Positions 11,401 to 39,200 of a stretch of 64,000 nt of DNA are shown here, piece by piece. The notes under the pieces were generated by a model. That model saw only the letters and a list, made by a program, of their open reading frames with translations, made no database searches and had not been told where the DNA came from. The position numbers were made by a program, and so were the translations under genes. The stretch covers positions 34,970,001 through 35,034,000 of the forward strand of contig OZ249436.1 in NCBI GenBank assembly GCA_965235115.1, given 5' to 3'. Position 1 is the stretch's first letter, and each line of letters opens with the position of its first letter. The stretch is from Laetmonice hystrix (lineage: Eukaryota).

Positions 11401-12827
11401 ATGCAGTAATCACAATATTAGCACCAGATTTACTGAACTAAAATACATTTTTGAAGCATATAAGTTTAGGTGGTGCATAACCCGTCAGTAAATTTCCCTT
11501 GTATTAAAACTTTGAGCGAAATATTGCATGAACTAAATGTATTATTGCCTTTACAGTTTATCCAGTAGTAAATAATCAACATATTGTCATATTCACTTGA
11601 TAAAACGTCATCAAATTAAAGCCTATAGCAAGGGGGTACGGACAGGACGACGGGGACGGACAGGACAAAATGCGAGTTGTGTCTTGTTTTTCAGGACGCA
11701 ACAGTGTGAAACCTCTTATAAATATTGTATTTAAGGACGTTCAAAGAAGGGCTACACATGCACAATATGGCACAAGTAGCTGCTTTTAGAGTAGCGAGAT
11801 GCCCCATGGGGTACGGACAGGACACAAATTTCTGGAAATAACAGCATGCAAAAGGATTCATACCTATTTTCATATATGATAACACCCAAACTTTTTTCTC
11901 CATCCCAGTTCCAAATAAACATTATTAAGTTTAAACCAGTGGCATTAGTATGCATTTATGTTGGAAATTACAGATATCTGGTAAGGTTTTGGTCATTGTA
12001 ATAAAAATATCGCTATTTTGTAACGAACAACACATTATTGAAAACATTCTGGTACTTTCCTCACAGAGGTCAGATTTCAACCAGAATACCTGCATGTAAA
12101 GAAAAAATGTTAACAAATTTATTATGCATATCTACATTAGTGTAATTGTAACATTAAACTGACATTTACGTTATGCAAAACTACGTAATTCATAGGTGCA
12201 AACCCGTAACAACTAAAACCTGCCATTCTTCCACATGTAAAACCACTTTTAGAAACATGAACTTCAACATCGACCCAAAGAAGGTGCATGGATGTATGTG
12301 TGTTAACAAGACACTTCGCATAATAAACATAAACTGTGGCTATTTATTGGTATAGGTGTGCAAAGGTTGCTGTAACATTACATAGTCCTAAAATGACACC
12401 TGATTGTGACTGAGCCGATTGATATGGCATAGGCCTACATGTGCATTACTGATCAGTATTACAGTAATCAGTTTGATTTGAATCAGTTTGAATCGTAAAC
12501 AGCGTGTATCGTCCCAGTCCGAGAACAAAGATAACATGGAGCTAACAAGGCTAAAGCTGGCCACACAGATGAGTGTGTAAAGAAAGCTGTTTCAATGATC
12601 GTGCTACCGTGCGACACCATTTCGTACAAGTTTGCGTAGTGAGTGTTGATGATGAAACCACGGATCACAGTTTTCGAGACATGACATGACACCGAGTGCC
12701 AAGGTGGCTTGAGCGATAATACCCACATTGGTGACTAAACCTACAAGCACACGATACGCAGTTTATACATACCATTTTTGAAATGTTCTTTGTACTTTTC
12801 TCCACCAAACCAGCTGCAGAACGACAT
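8467..12827 (-). CDS. MSRB1: Methionine-R-sulfoxide reductase B1 (selenoprotein R/X), 111 aa; exons 12827-12773, 9665-9523, 8872-8755, 8486-8467
   Basis: Spliced protein [46 protein letters not shown]...[35 protein letters not shown]...DRKIEQ. Two CxxC zinc pairs and Cys4 are present. The in-frame TGA at 8794-8792 falls in the SRFUIFS catalytic motif. Confidence 0.96.
10357..12417. mobile_element. Non-autonomous DNA transposon, superfamily unassigned
   Basis: Perfect 19-bp TIRs CGGCTCAGTCACAATCAGG / CCTGATTGTGACTGAGCCG, flanked by ATT on both sides. The internal motif GGGGTACGGACAGGAC recurs near 10541, 11634 and 11808, with an inverted copy near 11278. Confidence 0.8.
10578..11220 (+). mobile_element. 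5'-truncated, decayed I-clade (Nimb/Ingi-like) LINE
   Basis: Frameshifted ORF2 C-terminus: [17 protein letters not shown]...[13 protein letters not shown]...[13 protein letters not shown]...EC (CCHC knuckle). Ends in a (CACT)n tail at ~11201-11220. The 5' boundary is approximate. Confidence 0.8.
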
Positions 12828-13158
12828 CTTTCTCCCGTCTTGTCCCACACGACACTGAACAGACCGACCGACACACCCACCCGCACCCGGTCCTGTTTCG
12901 TAATTTTGTTTACCTTCCCATGGCATAGTCTAACCACAATGACGGTGCACTATCCACCAACCTATCTACAGCGCAGGCACATGGCATGGACCGTAATACC
13001 TTGAACACAATTTGTCATAATTTCAGCACGGCTATCATAAAGCCTGTCGAGACCTCGTAATATTATCTACGATGAAAATTTACAATCTGTCACAAGAGAG
13101 AGTTACTGCACCTTCTGTAGACAATCACCATAAGGCAAATTTTCGTTTCTGGAAAGGT

Positions 13159-13173
13159 CCGATAGATGTCGCT
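13159..13173 (+). promoter_or_regulatory. CTCF-like motif in the MsrB1/APN1 divergent promoter region
   Basis: CCGATAGATGTCGCT; close matches occur at the other two promoters in the window. Confidence 0.45.
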
Positions 13174-13926
13174 GGGTGTCATAGTGGCCAGACTGGCGCC
13201 CCTTTCAAGAAGACAAGATTCTAGGTCCTTACTTTATGGGTAGTATTCATTGGATCAGTTCAGTATCTATTGCTCATTTTGATTAACGACCAAAGGTAGT
13301 CATTTAGAACTTAAGTAGAAATTTATAGTCAGTACTAGGCCTACTGACTGGCACACGCAGTACAGCACGTCACTCGTCAGTACTGGCAGTGTTCACTGTT
13401 TGTTAAATAACTGTACTGTAGACAGTGTAGTGTTGAGTGACGATGTTCTTTTTATTATCTAACTAACTTCTGATCATATTTATATATTTTAGGCCTAACG
13501 TCAGGCCTAATAATATGTTATATATATATATATATAATAATAATATGATAGAAATTGTGATGTTTCTCAAAGCATAATTTAGGCCTAGCCTGCCAATAAT
13601 TTTTTGTCGCTTCAAAAAAGGGGGGCTTGTACCACCCCCCCGCCAATAATGCCATTTATTATTGCTTTCTGCCACATTCATAACCAAATTGGACATTCTT
13701 CCTTTTGTTTTGTTTACCCTGGGGTTCCATTTAATTTAAGCCCATTGGCTTCATTTGTTTGGCTGTACATGGGACGATGCTGTGTCTACCTTTTGTTTGG
13801 ACCCGCCCCTGATTCCTATCAAGTGTAAACTGTAAAGCATTTACCAGCATGGCTTGGATTTAGAAGATAACCAGTAACTAGGGATGTTTTTTGCATTTTG
13901 CAGGGTAACTACTGGAAGGGACAGTG

Positions 13927-16504
13927 ATGGGTAAAACAAAAATGTCTGAGCAGAAAGATGCAGGAGTAGAGCCTCTTCCAGTTTCAAAGAGGAAAGCATC
14001 TGATTCTGACACACATGTTGTTGGAAATAAACCTAAGCGACAAAAGAAAGCAGTACCAACAGATTATGAAGTAGAGAGTAGGCCAAAAGGCCGCACCCAT
14101 ACTTTGAGAAGCAAAAGGAAACCAATTAATAGTCGAGCCGGAAAAGCTTCAGGAAGGAAACAGAAGGTTGTCAAAAAAGAGGAGATCGAAGTGGCGTCTA
14201 CTAGGGAAAAGAAGGAACAAGTTGGTTTATCAGTAAAGAAGGAGATTTTAGTAGAGGAGCAAACAGTGGAAAGTACTCCTGCTTCCTCCAGGGGGTACTC
14301 GGCCAGACGGAGGAAGTTAGTGGGATGCCATACATCTATTGCAGGTACCTGCTAAATGGTTTATGATCTCAGATTCGGTTGGGCTATTGGGCCCAGCAGA
14401 TGGTGTTAGCATAACCCTGAAAAAACAAACTCTGTAACCAATAGCCCTAGTTAGTAACAATTTTCAGTTGAAAATTTGCAAGCATCCTGAACAGAAACAA
14501 GCAGTCGAGTCTGTCAGTTGATAAATGTCCGTTTTCCAAAGTAAGCTGTAAATAAATGTGAGTAAAGTACAGCTTGAAATTATGTCTTTGTGCTTCTGTA
14601 TTGTAGGAGGCCTACAGAATGCTGTGTATGAGGCAGTTGACCTTGGGGCACGGGCGTTTGGTATGTTTCTTAAATCCCAGCGCCAGTGGAAGAGTAAACC
14701 ACTTGCAGATGACGTTGCAGAGAAATTCAAAATAGCTTGCAAGGTTGGCACACTTCCTTTAATCTTCACGTGTACTAGTGAAATTCAGAAAACGAGGGAA
14801 AAAGAAAATCAAATTTGGTGTGAATAAGATAATTTACAGAAATCCTGATTTTGGACAGTGATGTGGTAGTACAGAGCGTCCTATTAGAATTTTCTGTTGA
14901 TTGGAAACAAAGCAGTGTTCTAAGTTCATCAGAATTACACCCATTTTGTACCCAACACATCTAAAAAGATGAAAGCTATACAAGGTATATCATATGTTAA
15001 CATTGCCATGTCTGTTTTAACCAAATTGTACAGATCTATCAAGGCCTAACCTATTCAGCACAATTAAATTTATATTGTTTATTCTATCTGGGAATGGCTA
15101 TACAGGAGCATGGATTTGCGCCCCACCACGTGGTCCCTCATGGGTCCTATCTCATGAATTGTGGCTCGCCAAAAGCTGAGTCATTGGAAAAGAGTCGTGC
15201 AATGTTAGTTGATGAGCTGCAACGTTGTGAAAAGCTTGGCTTGGCACTCTTCAATTTTCATCCTGGTAGGTGTCATCCAACCAATGTGTGGTTTGACCCG
15301 TTCTTTATGTGTTCTCAATTTATAACAGATCAAGAATGGCTTTTATCAATCGTGATGATCAGACTATTGTTAGATGCAATGTAAGAAGATTAAGTTTGCC
15401 AAATAGTAAAATCGAATTACAAATGTCTAATCATTCTTTCAACAAGGTCAGACTCTTTTTGTAAATAAAGGAATGTAACTTTGTTTGCAGGTTCAACGTG
15501 TGGTGAAATCACAGTAGATGAGTGTGTCAATAGGATAGCTGAGAGCATTAACCAGGCACTTCAACAATCTAAATATGTGACTGCAGGTAACTAATATAAC
15601 TTAGAATAAACCCCAGAATTGACTTAAGTGACCTTCATGTAAGTTAATAGAGGCCAATCTTACGGTGAGCGACATGTAAATGTTATATAATATAGATCGG
15701 TCATGTCCATCAACAGTAAAATGTAAATAATGCATACAGACTTATCGCCACTTTTCTTTGATTTATGTTTTGAATTACATTATTTCCTTTTTCTCTATGA
15801 ACTTCTTGCAGTTGTTGAGAACATGAGTTGTCAGGGAAACACTATAGGAGGCAAATTTGAAGAACTGGGGCAGATCATTAAAAAGGTGAAGAACAAATCA
15901 CGTATCGGAGTTTGCCTTGACACTTGTCATGCATTTGCTGCCGGGTATGACCTCAAGTCCGAGGCTGGCTACCATAAAATGATGGACAGCTTTGAGAGAG
16001 AAATTGGACTGAAGTATCTGAAGGCTATCCATGTCAACGACTCAAAAGGTAACAATAGAAGCCAGACTACTCCTGACTCTGCTGTTGACTATAATGTCGA
16101 TGTTTCTAAAGTATTAGCCTAGATAAGCCAAGTAAAAGTGCCAAAAAGATTTAAGGGGGACTGACATTTTCACACTGTATAGTACATGTAATTAGATGAA
16201 CGGATATTTTACACACTATCCTAAAGTATATCTGTTCGAGAAATGAGACATTGCCCATTAGAAAAAGGATGCTTTATGGAATCTTGGATCATCTGATATT
16301 CGAATACCGGTATTCTTAATTTCAGGTGAGGCAGGGTGCCACCTTGATCGTCATGAGAACATTGGACGTGGAAAGATTGGAACTGAAGCTTTCAGCCGAT
16401 TTATGAATGATCCCCGTTTTGACGACATTCCCTTTGTCCTAGAAACACCTGGAGGGGACTATTCACGGGAGATCAAGAAGTTATACTCGCTGTGCAAGAC
16501 GTAG
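13927..16504 (+). CDS. apn1: Endonuclease IV-family AP endonuclease (APN1/Nfo-like), ~408 aa; exons 13927-14344, 14607-14743, 15106-15265, 15491-15586, 15812-16048, 16326-16504
   Basis: Motifs VGCHTSIAGG, PHGSYLMN, FNFHPG, VENM, CLDTCHAFAAGYD, IHVNDSK, DRHENIG and LETP supply all nine trinuclear-metal ligands. There is a basic N-terminal extension of ~125 aa. An acceptor at 13903 implies an upstream exon, so the start codon is tentative. Confidence 0.93.
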
Positions 16505-17832
16505 GACAGTGTAGTCCTGAAATGGATGTCATTTATACTGACAGTTACCATGGAGTACCCATTCATCATTGATACTGTCTGAGTGTCAAAAATATTGTGT
16601 GAATGGAGAAACAAAATAAGAGTGAGTTTCACCTTCTTTCGCGTTTCATGACAGGTGCATGAGAAAACACTCATTTTTTCTGATCAGTACAAAGGTTAAC
16701 TCAAAATGTGTTTCTTACAAGAATCAAGTGATGAAAAATCAAGATACATGTAAATGGTTTAGTCCTGAATTACATTAGTTTAAAATGTCATTGGGGGCCA
16801 ACTATGTATAATCGAACACACCTCTGTATTGTAATGTTAAAATATTGTTTTCATTGGACATGTAAGCTACAAGATTTTGGGAGCAAACAAAAGCAGAAAA
16901 AAAAGCTCATTGGATTTTTCACTTTGATGTAATAAAGAGACATGTATGTTATCACTACACATTTGTACATAAAACCGACTACCCTCACATCTGCCTTTGA
17001 AATACACATGTACACTACCCATGCAGCAGATTGCTGCCATTTCTACCAATAGGTTAGCATCATTTTCCAATCTATGGCTTTTAACTTTACTTGCATAAAA
17101 AATAACTTGACAAGAGCTCGAATGATTTGGAATGATATTTATTTGAATACTTCAATTTTTTTTTCTTTTACAAGAAGTAATAATCACGAAGACAATGCAT
17201 AGGCCTACAGATCTTTTTTCTTATGAATGGATGGTAACATACGTATATATGTGGCCCCCCTGCTGGAGTTGACGGAAAGCTTGCGTAAGTGATTGGTTCC
17301 TTTGGTATTCATATTCCAATGCATCCCCCCCATAGATGTAGATGTAGAAATCTCGGTTCGACTTAAATATCCCTCCAATTTCCAGCACAACGACTGGTAA
17401 TTTTGTTCAACTGCACAAAGACGTTTAAGTCATTATCCAGTATAATACTGAATATAAAAGCCATGCATCACAGCTGTCCAATTATTATTATCACCGTGAC
17501 CTCCGTGATCGTTCGCCACCGTGGCTAACTAACCTCTGACTGACAGGTAGAGTTGATACCCCTATACCATTATGTAACATGAAATCCATTTCATTATACT
17601 GGAGACATCCTTTTAGAAGTTCATTTAGATTTGCTGATGCAATACTGCAACAAAATCCTTTAGCCCTCTCCCCCCTCTATACCTAATTATGGCATAATAT
17701 TCATAACATTGTTGAATGTGTTCCACCATATTAAAAAAAGATGATTAGTTCCTCAAGCACCATGTAGATCAACAGAACCATCATAGCATAATGTGAGTAA
17801 TATGAAGTGTTGAGTAGTGCGTAGATGTGACA

Positions 17833-20018
17833 TCAGGAGGCGGCCACTTTTGTTAACGGTGGCTCGAGGTATTCTGCCAAAGCCATAGCCTGCAACATAA
17901 AGTCACATCAGAGATCTTACACGGGATCCTTGTGGACTGGGCACAGTTCAAGGTTTATTGGTTACGAAATGGCTTTAAGGTTATCCCAGCAGTGTTGCAA
18001 GGTTACCACGAAATCTTCTGTGTAATGTTTTTTCATTTCATTGAAACTGAAGATATCCATTACTCAAAACCAAACCATCTTTCAATGTAATTTCTAAAGA
18101 CTCTTCCATAATTAAAGTTTTGTATCTAAGAGACTTTGGAATGGTATAATCTAAATAGTACAGCAAACTCACCTTTGCCTTTAGCATCCCAAAACCTACA
18201 TAGGCTTTAGCATACATACAGAGCAGAAGGTTTGCCACCCGAGTGATTGCTACTACTCCTTCCTGAAAAATCAAATTAACAAATTAACAAATAGGCAAAG
18301 AAAAATAATGCAATCACTTTTTACTAAATGGTTGCCCACTCAAAGCCTTAACTTTACTGGTAGCTTAGATCCTTTAAATTGATAATGGAAAGGAAGAAGG
18401 AGTACTAAAGTAAAGGCAATAAATTTTTATGTGCATGTTTTTTACATTCAGCTAAAAACTACTAAATGTGAGCCACAACCCACAAAACTGTTTAATCTTT
18501 CAACCACTTTTCTCCAAAGCACTGCATGGAAAATCAAAAAGTTCTAGATCTGAGATCTTTTGTCCCTGTGAATCCTATAGTCAGACCTCATTTTATTAAA
18601 TATGAACAGCTTGGTGCCCATTAAAATGTGTTCAGATTGTGAAACATATTACGGATTACTGAATTATTTTAAAAATAGAAGATGGTAGAAGAGGTTACTC
18701 AAAAGTGTGTTCAGATTGTGAGGTATATGTTTTAAAGAAGCACAGATTAACGAGGTCTGACTGTACATTGAAAGCTTACTTATTAGTTACCAGTGTACTG
18801 CTCATGAATATATATTCATACCTCGCACTCCATCAGAACAAAATGTAGATTATCTTCATTGAAGGCAGTTTTTCCGTTTTTTTCATAGGCTGACCATATA
18901 TTACTTGTAATTGCAGCGGTGACACGTGCATCCTTGTCACCATAGCCTGAAAACGCCAGCAAGGCACCTTCACTGTTCAATAACCTGCAACAACATGGGT
19001 GACAACTAGGTAAAACTTTTGTTGAAATATAAGGGTTGGGGGGTGGGGGGGGGGGAGGACTGGGCAATACAGTGCTTCTAATGGATAATCAGCCATAAAA
19101 TTACAGTAGATTGGAGTAAACACAATTTTTTCCTTATAAATATTTTTTTTAAAGATAAAGAGGGACAGCTTCCCGTCCTCTTGGCCTGATTTACCCTGTA
19201 GACGAGGCCATGCTTGGATCCTCCTTCCCAAGTTCCGGATGACCCGTGAGGACCTGAGAGGACCGGCGAACAGGTCATCTCTGGTCCTCAGTATTAAGAA
19301 AGGCAAACCCTTAATACCGATGACCCAAGAGGACCAGAGATGACCCAAGACCGGAGATGACCAGAGATGACCCACAAAAAATATCACCGACGGTTTATTA
19401 GTGCTTCCAGTTGATATTTTTTGCGGGTCATCCTCTGGTCATCTCTGGTCCTTTCGGATCATCGGTATAAGGGTGACCGCAAAAAAATGTAACCTCGTCC
19501 TTGGTCTTGGACAGTGTCAAAATGTAGATTATGATAATGAAGCGTTCACAATTATTCAATATCACTTTGAAAACACATCACCAACATTAGTATGTTTAGA
19601 GTGTATCAAGTATAGAAGACAAAGGCTCTTGCATTTTGCCTAGTTTAGGTTTAAAAAAAAAGGGGGCAGGGGCCTTCGCTTTAAATTTAGTGTTTTTCTG
19701 CAGGTTAGAACTTAGGTTCATTGCCCTGCCTGCTCAGAGTTGTTTTGCCTAATGTCTCGATCGTGACAGTGTACTGTAAGTGTTGTCTGTTGAGTTCAAC
19801 CAGGTCCAGGGCAGGCAGTCACTGGCACTGTGAGTGAGGGTGGGGTGTGAGTGTGGTGAGTGTGCCTGTGCAGGCTGTGGCACTGGCAGTGCAGTAGTGC
19901 AGTGCAGTAGCACTAACTCAGTGCTGAAGAATTTCAGTAAATTCACTCACAATGTGCTTTGTACACCTCCTGTGTTTGCTTGGCTCAACGCCTGTGTCAG
20001 TGCTTTCGGCTTTAACAT
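17833..20018 (-). CDS. LAMTOR2: Ragulator complex protein LAMTOR2 (roadblock domain), 125 aa; exons 20018-19951, 18984-18822, 18262-18173, 17889-17833
   Basis: [53 protein letters not shown]...[26 protein letters not shown]; phases consistent across GT-AG introns. Confidence 0.97.
18578..18763. mobile_element. Tc1/pogo-like MITE, copy 1
   Basis: TIRs (C/T)AGTCAGACCTC ... GAGGTCTGACTG with TA flanks. The internal sequence matches 26237-26408 in opposite orientation. Confidence 0.75.
19307..19474. mobile_element. Palindromic MITE-like element in LAMTOR2 intron 1
   Basis: ACCCTTAATACCGATGA... / ...TCATCGGTATAAGGGT inverted ends, with inverted GACCAGAGATGACC subrepeats. Confidence 0.65.
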
Positions 20019-20167
20019 TGTGTTATCGCAACGTTTCTCGTATTTTAACAACTCCTCACTCAGTCGCTGTTCCACTGTCACACGCCTCGCGGCCTTGACC
20101 TTTTCAGCTCTGCAGAAAATTTTACAGTAGCGCCGTCTGTCGGCGAGTTGGTGCATCAAGAGTCAAG
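20019..20167. promoter_or_regulatory. Compact bidirectional promoter/5'UTR region between LAMTOR2 and ECD
   Basis: Only 149 bp separate the two divergent ATGs. Contains the CTCF-like CCGACAGACGGCGCT on the minus strand at 20129-20143. Confidence 0.7.
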
Positions 20168-36275
<16,108 letters not shown>

Positions 36276-39200
36276 CAGAAATCATCAGGGAGTCAGGGTG
36301 CCTGGGCAGCTGTCATCTACCAGTCAGAGGATAAACGGCAGGTATACGTCACAGGTCACAGGTCACAATGGACATGACCGAAACATTTATCATGGGGCAG
36401 ATGGCATAATGATAAATATAACTGGCACAGTATTGCAGAGGCGAATCACATTCGTTAATCTGTTAGGGCATTTTTAAAGATAAGTTAGATATAAGATAAG
36501 TTAGATTATTAGATATTATGTCAAGCCATCTGGATGGCTAACCTATTGCAGCAGAAATCTTGACCAAAAAGTGTGGCTCGGGAAAAAAGGTCTTGTTATG
36601 AACAGCGTACTACAACGTTTTAATCAACAAATCTCTAGGGTAAATGCAGGGATAGTACCTTATCGATGGAAATACTTGAACACAATTTGGGATTGAGTTA
36701 GCAGGTAATACAGACCTACCTGGCAGGGTTTGTTATGACTCAAGTATTGTACATTTTATTTTATTATCTCGTAACCGTGTCAACAAAACGATTGTCAGCT
36801 GTGTAAAATTGAGGACATGAAGATAGCAGACAGATCTCAGTGGTAAACAAACCTAGAATACCCTAAATTAAAATTATAAGTAAATCGGTAGGTCTTGCCT
36901 TCAAAAACATAAAACCAGTTAATTTTTTTGATATTTATAACTTACTGTGAGATATTTTTGTGTTGCAGAGAGAAAAATGGTAGGGAGTACCTTTATTTAC
37001 AGTAATCAATTTGAGTGTGTTTGAAGATCAGAAATATGTTCCTCGGTGTGAAATGCTATGGTAAATGTCCGAGATCAAGTCTTCCGTATTCTATGCCAGG
37101 CTAGGGACTGCTCGCGAGGAACTATCGATCTGCTTCCAGTGTAAAAATGAGCATGATTGAAGATATATTAAAACGATGAAAAACGTAACTTCTTGTCTTG
37201 GCATGTGGATGCAATGATCAGATTGCAACATTTTGACTTAGTGATTTCTGTGTCTGTATCTTGAAGCCTTTAAATTGTTGGTAATTTTTTTATCGGATAC
37301 TTATCGATAGTTGTAGGGAACCGTTACATGATGTCTCATGATTTGGCATATTTATATATCCCTGCTATGCACTGAAGACTTGTGCTGGCAGTAAATGGCC
37401 AAGTGGTACTGTCCAAATGTGCCCAAATGCTGTTCATCTGAGAAGTTGGGATGTTGAAAATAGCGTTTTAACATCTAGTTGTACGTTCTTGAGTTTTTAC
37501 CAGGTATTTGTAGTGAAATCCTGTCAAGATTGTTACACATATCGACCATAGTGAATCATCAGGTTATTTTAAATTGGCAGTCTGATTGAACAGCCGGACA
37601 GTATTTACTTCAGCTGAGTCACGTGCCTCCTACGAAGGGGACCCTAGGGTCCCCTTTTTACAGAGAACAAGGCGAATGGCAGGTAAAATTCAGCCTGCTA
37701 ATAATACCTTGCCCTTGTTTACTAAACTGTGTATACCCGCAGTACCTTATCCTACCATTTCCCCTTGTAAATACCGTAGTAGGCATTTCCCTTTCACCTG
37801 CACATCTTTAGAATGTACTTTTCTGAATAAAATATCAGGACCTTTTAGATAACAAATATATTGTGGAAATTGAAAAGCAGGAGAGAAGTGTGCTGACCAG
37901 TATAGGATCTTTTCTTTGGCGTAGTCCCGACTGATCTGAACATTTAACTTGTGAGCCAAAGATAGAGTTATTATAACCAGAGGTTTCTCCATGAGTATTT
38001 ATTTCCATTAGGCAAGTTGTAGTTTCCCAGCCAATGCATTTTCTGCAATTCGTCCATCTTTTGCCCCTTAAAAATATATTGGTCTCTGGAGGGGATGTTG
38101 AATGGAAATAAAAGTTAGTCGGTTTATGAATATAGCAGGATGAAAGACGACCAAGATACGTGCGTGACTTCTTGTTCATACTCAAACCCAACCATTCATT
38201 CATGAACTTGTATCATTGCTAATGATATGTATACTGGTGATAATTGTGGGAGTGAAAAAATAGAAAAGTTAAGTAAATGGGACGATGTCTTGTCAAATCT
38301 AGTGAAGTCTAATGGCGGTGGAACGCATGGGAGAATAATAGGAGAAGTTAGGGTCGCTCTTTGCGCTTCCGTGTCTTACCAAATAAATCATAGGTAATTT
38401 TGCATGTCGTGCAGCCATGCTTATTGTTCTAGTCGTATTGATACAGGTGAGAGGTGCTTGTCAGTGAGTCAACCAAAGTTAGAGAATCAATGTAGTCAGT
38501 TTTAATATGAGAGAAGTAATTGATATTCAGTGTGCCTGAGGCAGGTAGCCTATGATGCACATGTTTCCGTACACCAATACATTTGTATAATGGCAATATG
38601 TAAAACTGCCATCCTTTAACTAAACCATTACTGATGTGTAAATCTCATCACTTAATAATAATGTGTGGACATGGCTCTTTATGGTAGGAATGTGTTGATA
38701 ATATCGAGATGGAGTCGAACCTAGAGCAGGGCCCCTGTTTGTCTGAGAGAGATAGAAGGAAACTAACTAAAAACAGTGGGTTGTCTGGATGGACAGTGGG
38801 TGACCATTGAGTCTGTACAGCATCTGCTTGTGACGTTCAGCATGATAAAACTAATACATGTATGGAGTGATGGTCCTGCAGTCAGATGCCTGTGTCTTTT
38901 TGTAGAAATATTTCAAAGACCACTGTATATAGTTGGGATAAATTGATAGGACAAGACAACGTTTGATTGATATCGCGGAAACTTTCTGGCAAGTTTAGTT
39001 CACATAGCTGGGTCCAGGAAGTTGATAGGGTTACCTTAGTGCACATATGGCATCACATTGTTTTGCTATGCTAATATCCATTACCACGTAAACTGCCGAT
39101 ATGTAGACGACATCATAGATATTACATGTTTATATATATGAGTGATGCATTGAGTGGCCAAGCTTTGCCAGTGTCTGATTTTTGTGTGTTTTTATTGTAA

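Larger units (their letters stand above)
10163..12522. mobile_element. Degenerate hAT-like MITE, outer layer of a nested insertion in MsrB1 intron 1
   Basis: Ends TAGGGCTGGGACGAT (10163) and ATCGTCCCAGTCCGA (to 12522), with CGAT-rich subterminal motifs. No TSD recognisable. Confidence 0.5.

Noticed and set aside
16505..17832. Possible 3'UTR overlap of the convergent APN1 and LAMTOR2 genes
   Set aside because: AATAAA at 16931 (plus) and at 17143-17138 (minus) suggest the transcripts end without overlapping.
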